NCBI GenBank assembly: GCA_951406725.2
Contig: OX597839.1
Span: 35,836,001 to 35,900,000 of the forward strand
Reading direction: 5' to 3'
DNA from: Octopus vulgaris
Taxonomy: Eukaryota
DNA length: 64,000 nucleotides
The notes under the pieces were generated by a model. That model searched no databases. It worked only from the letters and a program-made list of their open reading frames with translations, and had not been told where the DNA came from. The translations under genes were made by a program, and so were the position numbers. Within the stretch, counting starts at the first letter, position 1, and the number at the start of each line of letters is the position of its first letter. This document shows, piece by piece, positions 43,836-55,594 of the stretch.

Positions 43836-44590
43836 CCCTCTATGGGACTGTCACGTTCTGTTGACATTATACAACCACTCTATATATATACATATATATA
43901 TATATATATAAAATGTAGTTTTGCAATGCGCAGATATGCAACGTATACACACTGGATAGTGTTTGTTTGTATACGTTGTTGAAGGGGTGTGTGTATATTA
44001 TTGTATGGGGGAGGTCATGGAGGGACGTGAGAAAGAAGGGCAGGGAAAACTGATCCAGCTGTAATAAATAACAGAAAGAAATAGAGAAGAAGAAAAAAAA
44101 ACCGTTTACTTCGTGACCACTGGGTCGAAGGATCGAATCCAAGGATTTGATTTGTCTGGCGCCTTAGTTGAGGTCGACGTTTTTCTGTTTTGATATTTTT
44201 TTTACTTAAAATATTTTCACAATTCTTCACAAAGATGAAATTTGTATTTATTTCTCTTGGCTTTGAGCCAGATTCATTGCTCTTTTCTGTCTATTTTGTT
44301 TTTTGGGTGTGTAGAATTATTCTTCCTATGTGTACACACTGGGAGATGATGAATCGGGCAAAAATAATTAATAAAAATAAAAGAAATAACAAATGATTCG
44401 TAAATAATAATTGTTTAACATACCACAGGATACGAAAGAAGTGGCTGAGGACAGTCTAAAGACTGGACCCTCTGTAAATTTGTTTCATTCCGAACATTTA
44501 TGTAATGACCCAGAGAGGTTTGGTGGTTGTAATATATGAAATGATATGATCAAAGATGAGGGGTTCTGGTTTGAAAAAGAAAAGAAAATA

Positions 44591-46447
44591 TTATTTCCAC
44601 GACCAAATCATTTTTATAATCCATTGTTGATTGGCAACCTGTTCGTTGCAAGTTTTCAGGTGAAGCCGGCTGTCGTGGCCAGACTCCACGCAACTGTTAC
44701 GATTCTTGTTCATAATTAGTCCGGTTTTCTCGTCCCAGCTCCACGGTCCGTTCGGTTGGATGTCGCAGAACTGGACGTGTAGTGTGTCACCGTTCCCAGA
44801 GTCGATGCATCGTTCCCCCATGGCCATTTGGCCCTGTACATTAAGTCTAAACAACTGGTTACCACCGAAGTGGTGACAGCCACTCACTCCAATGGGGCCG
44901 CCTCCGGGTGGTTGCCCGTAGGTGTCCCAGCACAGGCTACCCCCAGACTTCAAATGAATTTCACCCCAAGCCTTGTTTTCCGGTGGCGGTGGGAATTTAT
45001 CGTAGACTTCGTAGGCAATGTTATCCATAAACCAACTGAAGCTTTTGCATTTGTGTTCTTTTTTAAATGTTAACTGGTCGCTAATATTAGTAACTGGGTA
45101 ACCTTCAACTGAAGGTTCGCGTCGGTAGAAATATTGTTTGAAATCCTCGTCTAACCACACTTCCACCACACGCATATAATTGAGGAGGACGATGGGTATT
45201 TTGCTGGTAATTTTCCCAAATCCATATGGCATATAATTCCTGTATACGTGTCCGACACGGGAGCAAGGGACCCATTCAATGCTACCCCCACACATCCATA
45301 TTTTGAAAGACAACTCGAAGTTTTCCCCACCCCAAATCTGTAGACCAGGATCGTATCCTCCCAATTCAAAAAAATATTTTCTGTCAATGGCAAACAGTCC
45401 CCCTGCGTGTGTGGGAGACCAATATGGTTCGCTGTTGTGAGTGCGTTTGTCCAATTCCTTCTGCGGAACTTTGCTTTCTTTATACAAGAATCCCCATTCA
45501 AATATACCCCGATGATGGTTAGTGGTATAAACAGGGTGGTATCTGAAGTTGTCCCAGTCAATACTTTCAACGATGGGTACTGCCATTATTTTCCGATCGT
45601 AAGCAATCCTGGCCAGCAACGGAACCAACCAGTTCCTGTTACACTCACAGTGGGCATCAAGAAACACGATAACATCCCCCACTGCATACTGAGCACCGAG
45701 GGTACGGGTTCGAATCAGGCCCTGGCGTTTATCGTTTCGGTAAAGCTTGACTTTATGGTTGAACTGTTTGATGTATTCCTCAAGTTTATATTTCAGGTGT
45801 GGTTTGTCGCTCATATCGTCGACCATGACAACTTCCTTCAGCAGGTGTGCTGGGGACGTGTTGATCACACTGTGTACGGTTCGCATCAGCGTAGACCATC
45901 CTTCGTTGTGGAAAACGATGACCACACTAGCAGTGGGAAGTTTGCTGGGATAGTGCCAGTATTTGCACTCGTCCACACGGGTGTCCGGAATAGTCCTTTC
46001 AAGAGAAATCTTATCGCTGGCTACCAGGTTAAACCCAAACTCGTGGATAGAAGAATCCGCCTGCGCCTTTTCACTCATGCTTGTGTAAACTGGTTCGCCA
46101 TTTTCGCCGGGAAGGGAGGAATGTTTGGCCTCCTGGGGCTCGTAGTTACCAAGCACTCCCTGTTTGAAGACCGTCTTTGCCTTGTGCTTCGTCAGCGAGT
46201 ACGTGCTGTTGTTGATATTGACCCCTTCATCGACAATGCCCAAGGGGGGATTTCTCATGGCATTCTCCGGTCGATCTTGCACGTCGTAATCCGCATCGAC
46301 CCTTTTGTTTCTACGTGGCGAATCTCTGGAATAGATCTTGAGCCTGTGCTGTCCATCATCCAAATGGTAGAGTAATAAAGGAATGGCAAAGAGAGAGGTC
46401 ACAATCAAAATAGCCAAGCGCAACCACAACCGACGTCTGATCTTCAT
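44591..46447 (-). CDS. GALNT7: Polypeptide N-acetylgalactosaminyltransferase, GALNT7/pgant7-like, 618 aa, single coding exon
   Basis: First in-frame ATG at 46447 (the track ORF starts at TTG). Basic tail plus TM helix (MKIRRRLWLRLAILIVTSLFAIPLLLY); GT-A domain with SVVIVFHNEGWSTLMRTVHSV and DAHCE (DxH); SPTHAGGLFAI, WGGENFELSFKIWMCGG, VPCSRVGHVYR; C-terminal ricin-type lectin repeats. RGIFEWG..YKE and HNSEPYxSPTHAGG are typical of the T7 subfamily. Confidence 0.93.
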   Translation of the reverse strand: MKIRRRLWLRLAILIVTSLFAIPLLLYHLDDGQHRLKIYSRDSPRRNKRVDADYDVQDRPENAMRNPPLGIVDEGVNINNSTYSLTKHKAKTVFKQGVLGNYEPQEAKHSSLPGENGEPVYTSMSEKAQADSSIHEFGFNLVASDKISLERTIPDTRVDECKYWHYPSKLPTASVVIVFHNEGWSTLMRTVHSVINTSPAHLLKEVVMVDDMSDKPHLKYKLEEYIKQFNHKVKLYRNDKRQGLIRTRTLGAQYAVGDVIVFLDAHCECNRNWLVPLLARIAYDRKIMAVPIVESIDWDNFRYHPVYTTNHHRGIFEWGFLYKESKVPQKELDKRTHNSEPYWSPTHAGGLFAIDRKYFFELGGYDPGLQIWGGENFELSFKIWMCGGSIEWVPCSRVGHVYRNYMPYGFGKITSKIPIVLLNYMRVVEVWLDEDFKQYFYRREPSVEGYPVTNISDQLTFKKEHKCKSFSWFMDNIAYEVYDKFPPPPENKAWGEIHLKSGGSLCWDTYGQPPGGGPIGVSGCHHFGGNQLFRLNVQGQMAMGERCIDSGNGDTLHVQFCDIQPNGPWSWDEKTGLIMNKNRNSCVESGHDSRLHLKTCNEQVANQQWIIKMIWSWK

Positions 46448-46870
46448 CTTCCCTTCCAAAAGATAAGTTTGTTGTTGGGTTTTTTTTTTTCTTTTTTGCC
46501 TTGTGTTGTTGGCAAGAGAGAAATGAAGAGGATAGAGAAGCTGTTGCTGCGATGTCGAGCTTGAGCAGGAATGCAGGGGATGAAGGAAGCAGCCGAGTGA
46601 GAGGAAATCAATGACAAGACGAAGACGACGACGACCGACATACAAGCGTCATGATTAAACACGAGGGTGGAATAGAGTTACCTTCCCTTGGTTAGGCTTC
46701 GATGAGGAGTAGCAAGAGTAGAGCGCAGAGGAGGAAGTGACAGTGTCGGGAATGAAAGTTTTGGGTGGCGCTAGTGTCGGCGATTAGTGATTGTAGCGGT
46801 AGCTTCAATAATAATTACAGCAGCGAAGATGGGTGACTGTAACCGGAGTGGTGGTGGCGGTGGAAGCGGT

Positions 46871-47078
46871 GGGTGACTCTAACCGGAGTGGCGAGGAGAA
46901 TTGCAGCAGTGGTGGTGGTGGTGGTGATGCTTGCTGTAAGAGCAGCGTTAGTGACTATAGTGGTGGTGGTGGTGGTGGTGGTGGTGGTGGGTGACTCTAA
47001 CCGGAGTGGCGAGGAGAATTGCAGCAGTGGTGGTGGTGGTAGTGATGCTTGCTGTAAGAGCAGCGTTAGTGACTATAT
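46871..47078. repeat. 118-bp-period tandem duplication upstream of the GALNT gene
   Basis: GGGTGACTCTAACCGGAGTGGCGAGGAG..GCGTTAGTGACTATA at 46871 and 46989; partial third copy at ~46831. Confidence 0.85.
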
Positions 47079-47427
47079 CCGTAGTGGTTGGGGAATACAG
47101 CTGGTCGTATTCGTGGGAGCAGCACACTTGGTGGGGTGATTGTAGCCGGAGTGCTGTTGACGGTGGCGGTAGCGGTGGTGGTGGTGGTGGTGGTGGTGGT
47201 GGCGGCGGTGGTTGTCTCCGTAGCAGCAGAGGTGGTCACCGTTTGTCTGCGATTGTGATGAGTAGACGTAGAATGAGTCTTGTTCATGAAAAAGTAACAG
47301 CTGAGAAGCATGATTAACATCTTGGGGAAATAATTTATTGATAGACAACAACACTTCCAATGTAGACACAAGTCTGGGTGGAGAAATAATACATAAGTAA
47401 TTCGACATGCGAGTGTAGGTGGGCCTG

Positions 47428-47433
47428 AGAGAG

Positions 47434-47470
<37 letters not shown>

Positions 47471-47570
47471 TGTGCGTGTGCGTGCGTGCGTGTGTTTGTG
47501 TGTGTGTTTGTAGTGTCTGTGTGTTTGTAGTGTGTGTGTGGTGTGTGTGTGTGTGTGAGTGTGAGACAGA

Positions 47571-47611
<41 letters not shown>

Positions 47612-47768
47612 TGAGAGAGAGTGTGTGTGTGTATGTGTGTGTGTGCGTGTGTGTGTGAGTGAGAGAGTGTGTATGTGTGTGTGTGAGTGTGTGTGTGTAT
47701 ATGTGTGTGCGTGTGTGTGTGTGTGTGTGAGTGTGCGCGTGCGTCTGTGTGTGTGCGTGTGTGTGTAG
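47428..47768. repeat. (GT)n compound microsatellite; similar arrays at 48502-48845 and (CA)n at 57236-57622
   Basis: Direct reading. Confidence 0.92.
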
Positions 47769-48119
47769 TTTCGGGCTGCTGTTACCCTATATTTTTCGAT
47801 CGATCGATTGATACGATTGAAGCACCAACACATTTAGATGCTTATCTGAAACAGGTAGGAGCCCACAGCAAAATAATTATATATATCATACAACATTTCT
47901 GTCTAACACACACACACACACACACACATGTCTTATATTTGATTAGTTTTTAGAACATAGCCATGTTAAGATACCATCTTAATGGGCTGATATGAATAAA
48001 TCACCCCAATACTTATTCCGCCCCGCCTCCCTTAAGTCTGTTACTTATTTTACTGGTCTGTTTTGCTGAACCGCTCGCTTATGAGGACATGAACAAACCA
48101 GCACCGGTTGTCAAAGTGA

Positions 48120-48300
48120 AGGCGGCGAGCTGGCAGAAACGTTAGCCGGCCGGGCGAAATGCTTAGCGGTATTTCGTCTGCCGTTACGTTCTGAGTTCAA
48201 ATTCCGCCGAGGTCGACTTTGCCTTTCATCCTTTCGGGGTCGATAAATTAAGTACCAGTTACGCACTGGGGTCGATATAATCGACTTAATCCGTTTGTCT
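48120..48300 (+). mobile_element. tRNA-derived SINE (GGCGGCGAGCTGGCAGAA family); other copies at ~19085-19430 (tandem), 51720-51930, 59203-59424 (-), 830-930 (-), 13493-13680
   Basis: B-box GAGTTCAAATTCC; GACTTTGCCTTTCATCCTTTCGGGGTCGATAAATTAAGTACCAG domain resembling the MetaSINE central domain. Confidence 0.8.
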
Positions 48301-48516
48301 CACACACACACACACACACACGATAGAGTCTCTTTCAGTTTCTTTCATCCGAATCCACTCACAAGGCTTTGGTCCGGACCAAAGCCTTGTGAGTGGATTC
48401 GGATGAAAGAAAGTGTCCTTTACTTGCCCAGGATGCCACCGTGGGACTAAATCCAGAACTGTGGAGCTAGGAAGTAAACCTCTTACCATACAACCACGCC
48501 CGTGTGTGTGTGTGAC

Positions 48517-48553
<37 letters not shown>

Positions 48554-48638
48554 CTGTGCGTGTGTGTGACTGTGCGTGTGTGTGTGTGTGTGGCTGTGTG
48601 TGTGTGTGTGTGTGTGACTGTGTGTGTGTGTGTGTGTG

Positions 48639-48677
<39 letters not shown>

Positions 48678-49322
48678 CTGCGTGTGTGTTTGTGTGTGTG
48701 TGTGTGACTGCGTGTGTGTGTGTGTGTGTGTGGCTGTGTGTGTGTGTATTGTGTGTGTGTGTGTGTGGCTGTGTGTGTGTGAGACTGCGTGTGTGTTGTG
48801 TGTGTGTGTGTGTGTGTGACTGTGCGTGTGTGTGTTTGTGTGTGTATTACAAGGGGGTGCTGAAAAGCCCCTAGTTTTGAGGATGTCGCGAAAAGCCTGG
48901 CTGGAGGCCCAAACTTCCGAGTTCTTTTAGAGGGCTTAGTAAAAAAACGGAAGGACCGCTGCAAAAAGTGTGTGAATCGGAGAGGGGAATGTGTTGAATA
49001 AAACCATAATTAACTGATCCTCCAAGTATTTCCTTTTACCCAAAGCCAGTGACTTTTCAGCGCTGCTCGTGTATGAATACAGGGTTGGCCAAAGGTCACC
49101 AGACATTCCAATCAAAATTCCATAAATACCATCTGTAATTCTGTATTGACTTGAATGGAAAAATGTTTCGCTCAAGGGCTTCAATTTGAACAATTTTCAT
49201 GATATTTCATATTTAGATGCTTTTATTAAAGTCATTCAGCTGTTAAACAAATAAATATTGGAATTAAATGGTTTTGACTTAAAGTCAGGTGACTGTTGAC
49301 AAACCATGTATATAATCTATAG

Positions 49323-49660
49323 TGGAGGCGCAATGGCCCAGTGGTTAGGGCGTTGTGAGTGTTTATTGAGCGAAAACACCTAAAAGCTCCACGAGGCTCC
49401 GGCAGGGGATGGTGGTGATCCCTGCTGTACTCTTTCACCACAACTTTCTATCACTCTTACTTCCTTTTTCTGTTGTACCTGTATTTCAAGGGGCCGGCCT
49501 TGTCACTCTCTGTGTCACGCTGAATATCCCCGAGAACTACGTTAAGGGTACACGTGTCTGTGGAGTGCTCAGCCACTTGCACGTTAATTTCACGAGCAGG
49601 CTGTTCCGTTGATTCGGATCAACCGGAACCCTCGTCGTCGTAACCGACGGAGTGCTCTTC
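49323..49660 (+). mobile_element. tRNA(Arg)-like SINE (octopus OR-type); related copies at ~35567-35870, 49770-50110 (-), 51957-52137
   Basis: GGAGGCGCAATGGCCCAGTGGTTAG head; the copy at 51957 retains GGACTCGCGG (TCG anticodon-like) and a GTTTCGATTCC B-box. Confidence 0.75.
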
Positions 49661-50932
49661 CTATATAATCTATGGAAGGTAAAGTCCCGCCTGTCTCCTC
49701 TTGAAACACATCTACTTATTCCATTATTACAAATTTAGTATGTAGTTGCTGTTGCTGTTACTGTTGAACGAAGCGGTCTTCGTCCCAGAGTGGGACAAGT
49801 CCGAATCGTGGTCCTTTGCTATTCGTAAGATCCGCAGAAGAGAAAGCAGGTCAACCCCCGACACCGGAGAGCATCGACGGATGGATGAATGCGCATCCAG
49901 GCTCAGCGGTTGCGTAGGAAGTTGGGGACAAGAAACAGGAAGAAAGAGTGAGAGAAAGTTGGAGCGAAAGAGTACAACAGGGGTCGTCACCCCCACCCCT
50001 GCCAGAGCTATGTGGAGCTTTAGGTGTTTTCGCTCAATAAACACATACAACGCCCGGTCTGGGAATCGAAACCGCGATCCTCCTAACCATTGGGCCATTG
50101 CGCCTCCACTGTAGTTGCTGTCGTTGTACTATAGATTATGTATTATTCAGTTCTCTGTCTGAAGACTTTCTAATAAGAAATCTCTGAGATGTCCATCTAA
50201 CATGTAAAAACTTCATAACCCCTATTAGCAAATGAAACATATGTAATGGTGGCTAAATACTCGTAAATTTTCCAACTTCCTGTTTTGTTTTGTGTGTGCG
50301 TGTGCGCATGAGCATGTGTGTGGAGAGAGAGAAAGGCAGAGAGAGATACATAGACACATACATGTGTGTGTGTGTGTGTATGTACATATATCTATATATA
50401 TAAGAAATTTTGCGTAATGAGATAAAAAACAAAAGCTGTGTAAATATTAGAACATTTATTTATAGGTGTTATAATATCTACACAGCCTTGGTTATTTTAT
50501 CTCATCACACAAAAAAATTCTTATATACACACGCTGATATATGACCAACGTTGAACCCCTTATTTGCAAAATTACCGAACCTGGAACTTAACTATGGTCT
50601 GTATATAGCACTTATTCAGCATTACCTGACACCTTTGGGTCTCAATGACACTTTTACCTCTTATAATCTCTATATCTATATATAGATATATATGCATATG
50701 TATACATACATATATATATATATATGTATATATATATAATACAAATAAGAAAAGGGAGAAACAAATTTAGTTTCTTCATCAACTTTCGGATATTAGAATG
50801 TTGAATTATTTATTCATTTAACAAAATGAGAACCTTAATAGCATACATATATATCTTATAATTCAATACATATAAGATAAGAATACAAATTATAAAAAAT
50901 CATAATAAATTATTGAAATCATTAAAATCACT

Positions 50933-51064
50933 CCTTACAGCTGTTTCAGCCTATGGATAAAAGTAGTTATTTCTATTTTTATTGCTTATAGTTGTCAATA
51001 TATTGAGGTTCTAGGCATTTAGAAATAGGGTACTTATACATATAACCATAGGCCTCGTCAGAGG
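50933..51064 (-). ncRNA. Type I hammerhead ribozyme motif with long loop II, within a ~322-bp tandem unit
   Basis: Minus strand: CCT-CTGACGA-GGCCTATGG..~90 nt..CCATAGGCT-GAAA-CAGCTGT-A-AGG; palindromic stem III ACAGCTGT; GUA site. Confidence 0.68.
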
Positions 51065-51335
51065 TTATAAGGAACTTTAAAAATATTAATATTAATACAT
51101 GAAACATGATACACGTATTATTTAATATATATAAGAAAAATATGAACAAATGTCCATATAGACATGTACATATATATCTTATAGTTCAATACATATAAGA
51201 TAAGAATACAAATTATAAAAATCATAATAAATTATTGAAATCATTAAAATCACTTCTTACAGCTGTTTCGGCCTATGGATAAAAGTAGTTATTTTAATTT
51301 TTATTGCCTATAGTTGTCAATATATTGAGGTTGTA

Positions 51336-51379
<44 letters not shown>

Positions 51380-52391
51380 CATACATAAGCAGAGTGTATT
51401 TACTTTTACATGTGTAAAAATACATAAATAAACACAAGTAAACGAGTAAATATACCATTCGTCATATACATATATATATATATACATATACTGGAACATA
51501 TAAACACGTCTATGTACACACGTCTATGCAACATCTGTCGGATGGATTTAGTGAAGAAGTCATATATGCGGATAGCAAATAAAAACTTTATCAAAATCAA
51601 TCATATGTCATGGATTACGTGATGTCTGCGTATTTGGAGAATTAGGAAAGTGAATGCACGTGCTTTGAAGGGACTGAAGTTAAGGTCTTGTAACTCAGGG
51701 CATTACTTGAAAGGTTATGGTGGAGAGCTGACGGAATCGTTACCGCGCTAGGCAAAATGCTTAGCAGCATTTCGTCCGTCTTCACATTCTAAGTTCAAAT
51801 TCCACCGAGGTCGACATTACCTTTCATCCTTTTGGGGTCGATAACATAAGTACCAGTTGAATACTGGGGTTGATGTAATCGAATTGCCTTTTGCCCCAAA
51901 ATTGCTGGCCTTGTGCCAAAATTGAAACCATTATTTCAAAGGTTAAAATAATTTTGTGGAGGTGCAATGGCCCAGTGGTTAGAGCAGCGGACTCGCGGCC
52001 GGAGGATCGCAGTTTCGATTCCTAGACTGGGCGTTGTGAGTGTGTTTATTGAGCGAAAACACCTAAAGCTCCACGAGGCTCTGGCACGGGGTGGTGGTGA
52101 CCCCGTTGTACTCTTTCGCCCCCAACTTTCTCTCACTACGGCAGAAATTGTATTCACCTCAATAGACGTCATTGATTGGTCGAAATTGCTGAAATGCAAG
52201 AAATTAAACAAATAGCTTACAAACTACAGAATTTTCTCAAGAAAGCCAAGAGAAAAAGATGTTTTATGAACACATTCTACCAGTATACGAAGTTTAAAAG
52301 TGTTTAGTTACAAAGAAATTATTTTAAAAATCTGCCGGTCACAGTGAAAAGATCCATCTTCACTCTACCGGGACTAGAAGAACTCGTGGAC

Positions 52392-53235
52392 TGTAGCAGA
52401 AGTGATTTACACTGTCATTATGTGTGGGATGTTTTCGTTTTGGGTTGTTTCGGCTTAAATACCTGGATATCGGCTCCACAAGCTTTTTCTTTCCAGCAGG
52501 TCACATAACCTTATGATTAGCTGAGCTTGTTGTTCGTATTGCTTGGTTCCTAGCCGTCCAATCGTGTTGGCCCAACAGTTTGTCTTTCCCTACGCTGGAA
52601 ATTAATCACCAGCTCTGGAAGCCTGTTGATCTCCGTAAGAACAACAGTACTTGACTGCTCTTTCGCACACGCCACTGATCACACGCAACTCGTCTCCGAC
52701 AACGATATATCTGACACCAAAGGCGGTGAGCTGGCAGAAACGTTAGCACGCTGGGGGGAATGCGTAGCCGTATTTCGTCTGCCGTTACGTTCTGAGTTCA
52801 ATTTCCGCCGAGGTCGACTTTGCCTTTCATCCTTTCGGGGTCAATAAATTAAGTACCAGTTACGCACTGAGTCGATGTAATCGACTTAATACCTATGTCT
52901 GTCCTTGTTTGTCCGCTCTGTGTTTAGCCCCTTGTGGGTAATAATGAAATAGATATATCTGACACCAGCCAGTCTCCGCTTTCACCTCCACCAGACTCCC
53001 GTCTACATCGTTGCTGTACGAACATCACACGACCAACAGACCAACGGCTGCCTCTACACACCAGCCCTAACCACGAAGTCTCTCATACATCTTTGTTGTA
53101 ACCTGTTATATTTATTTTATTTCATGTATGGCAATTGTATTTTATAACGGAGATTAAATCATCGCTTGCTAGTTCATTTTGATCTCACGTGGTATTTAAT
53201 TTTTCCATTTCCTTAATTTGCTCATCTTCGTTATA
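52392..53235. mobile_element. Probable solo LTR with nested SINE
   Basis: Imperfect inverted termini TGTAGCAGAAG...CTTCGTTATA (terminal CA apparently mutated to TA); 4-bp TSD GGAC (52388-52391 / 53236-53239). Confidence 0.6.
52720..52951 (+). mobile_element. tRNA-derived SINE (GGCGGTGAGCTGGCAGAAACG family) with 16-bp TSD
   Basis: TSD GATATATCTGACACCA at 52704-52719 and 52952-52967; B-box-like GAGTTCAATTTC; GCCTTTCATCCTTTCGGGGTC..AAGTACCAG central domain. Confidence 0.85.
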
Positions 53236-53292
53236 GGACATACACGCATCCCTGCACATAATGTATTAGAAAACAGCACTACGAGTTTTACG

Positions 53293-53680
53293 ATGGCTCG
53301 AAAATCTATGCAATTTTCTTGCATCAAATTTCGTATGAAGCTCGGAAAAATCAACTGCCAAAAACCTTGAAATACTCCGCCAGTCTTCTGTGAAGGTTTT
53401 TTTTGTTTTGAGATGATACACAGGTTTATGAGTCACACCAGCTTTTCAAAGTTGGTTGACAGTCAGAGTATGACGATGGAAGTTCAGCAAAACCAGTCTC
53501 TTGGGAAAACGACAAAAAATGTGGGAAAAATAAATGTAAAAAAGTTTGTGGACTCATCAACCATGAGAGCCTTCGCCAAACATTCCATCGGTTCTCTCAC
53601 ATGAACGAAGATACCAGTTACGATGTGTACCATGAAATTCTCTCAGAAATCTTGAACATCTTTCGCGTCACTACAAAGCT
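53293..53680 (+). mobile_element. Decayed mariner-type transposase N-terminal fragment
   Basis: CIKFRMKLGK followed after frameshifts by ..LEILRQ resembles the mariner HTH N-terminus. Confidence 0.4.
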
Positions 53681-54039
53681 TTATAGAGAGAAAATAGAAA
53701 AGGAATAAATAAATAAATAAATAAATAGGATCTAATCCATTGTGACTTCACAGGGTTTCCCAAAATAAACTGAAGCTAAAGGGTCATTGCCATGAGACAA
53801 TAAGTAAAGTGCAAACGTGATAGGAGACTGCATTGGGTGGCCTTCGGGCTTTTCCCGGCTTAGAGACATAATGGCATTGCCCTGTCCGTTTACACGAGAA
53901 TTAATTTTGAATAGGAATAGCAACGGGAATATAAATGACGTGAAATTGTGAGAAGACATTACTCCAGAAATGATAGGAACTCTATTATATGTAGATTTAG
54001 CCCACAAACAAACTGTAAAGCTAGGAATATTGTCTATAG

Positions 54040-54255
54040 CAGTGGTTTTCAACCAGGGTTCCGCGGAACCTTAGGGTTCCAGTACAGTCCAGGGGTTCCG
54101 CAAGAAGTTACAAAACTGCTAAAATCGGCAATAATTTTTAATTCTCCTGTGCAGATATGTGTGCATAAGACTATTAAATTATTGCACAGGGGTTCCTCGA
54201 CCCAGTGGAATGTTTCCTTGGGGTTCCGCTCCAGCAAAAAGTTTGAAAAGCACTG
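54040..54255. mobile_element. hAT MITE, same family as 37410-37595
   Basis: CAGTGG...CACTG termini; TSD GTCTATAG/GTCTACAG; near-identical internal sequence. Confidence 0.85.
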
Positions 54256-54504
54256 GTCTACAGTATAAGATGTACAGAGGGACGGGGCAGTAAGAAGACA
54301 ACGGCCTGCGTAGGGGAGACGGTACGGAGCATAGGAGAGCGGGTAAATAAGCACTGGAGGGAACTTAAGGAAGAAAAAAGCTCAACGGTTCTGTAGCAGC
54401 GCGCCGAGCAGGAACACGGAGGCTCTCACTCAACAATCTTAAAATCTTGTCCACACATAGAACAGATGCAACGCTTGGACAAATCACGGAAGCTACACAC
54501 GTAA

Positions 54505-54894
54505 TCTTTATATATAAAAGTCAAGTTGTGTGTCTGTCCACTCCGATTTAGATTCCTAACTACTCCCACATTTTGCAGTACAGTTTAACCAAATTCGGGT
54601 ATCTTATAGTCGTGATTCATATCGAGCCCTTCTGGGTATTAGCGTGCGTCTACGATGAGTCTACAATTTTAAAAATAATTTACCATCATTTTTTCCATTT
54701 TAATGTATATTTTTTTAAAGGGAAGTAACTCTCTAAAAATGTCTGCGATGAGTCAACGATTTAAAAAAAAAATTTACTATCATATTTTTTCCATTTTTAA
54801 TGCATTTTTTTGCTATTTTTTGGCTATGACTCTCTAAAAATGCTTTATAGTTATTTCCCTTACAAACCCGAGCAACGCCGGGCGATCGTGCTAG
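54505..54894 (+). mobile_element. Non-autonomous Helitron
   Basis: A|TC 5' end (TCTTTATATATAAAAG); GC hairpin CCCGAGCAACGCCGGG at 54867-54882; CTAG|T 3' end; no TSD. Confidence 0.85.
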
Positions 54895-55594
54895 TAGAAG
54901 ATAAAACTAGCCTGAATAGAAAACTTGAAGGTTCACATGGCAGAGATGTAACTGGAACCCTTCCCCGCTTAAAAACAAAAAAACACTTTTTTTATGGAAT
55001 CCCATGTTTTAGGCCATGGAGATTCCAATTCTGAAAAAAAAATTTCAAAAATTGCAACTTCAAAATTTCACCCCCACTCCCACCCCATATTACTGCGAGG
55101 AAATTACTCTGAAAGAAATCTTTGCAGAAAGGTGAATAGATTGATTACACATTTCCTTCATTAAGTCATCACAGTTTTGTGAGATTTGGCTGTTGTTTCT
55201 AGCATGCGAATAGCCTGCTTGAAAGCCAATGCCGTAGAATCGAGAGAGCGGGGGGGGTTGGGGTAAAATTTTTTGTTTTCTTTTTTTGAGAAATTGAAAT
55301 TTTACAAACAATTATTTTTTCAGAATCATAATCTCCGTATTTTTGTACGTATTTTGCAAAAGAAAGAAAAAGAATTCCGGAAAAAGTGAAAAAAATTAAG
55401 AAATGAGGGGGAGGTGAAATTTTGAAGATGCGATTTTTGAAAATTTTCGGTATCTCCATAGCCTAAAAGTGCGTGTGCTTTCATTAGCTAAACTGGCAAC
55501 ATGACCATCCCCAAATACAACAACAACATTATATATATATATATATATAAATAAGGTGCATGTTATATATATTTATATATGTGTAGAAGTAAGC

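Noticed and set aside
45407-46375. 322-aa + strand ORF
   Set aside because: Antisense shadow of the GALNT CDS with a non-ATG start and no recognisable domain.
46448-46645. 66-aa N-terminal extension of the GALNT ORF in the track
   Set aside because: Starts at TTG; the ATG at 46447 gives the canonical short cytoplasmic tail plus TM helix.
47073-47408. His-rich 111-aa minus-strand ORF upstream of GALNT
   Set aside because: The His run comes from a (CCA)n microsatellite, and there is no splice link or homology.
51957-52035. tRNA-Arg-like sequence
   Set aside because: Head of a multi-copy SINE; no proper acceptor stem, and it continues into the SINE body.
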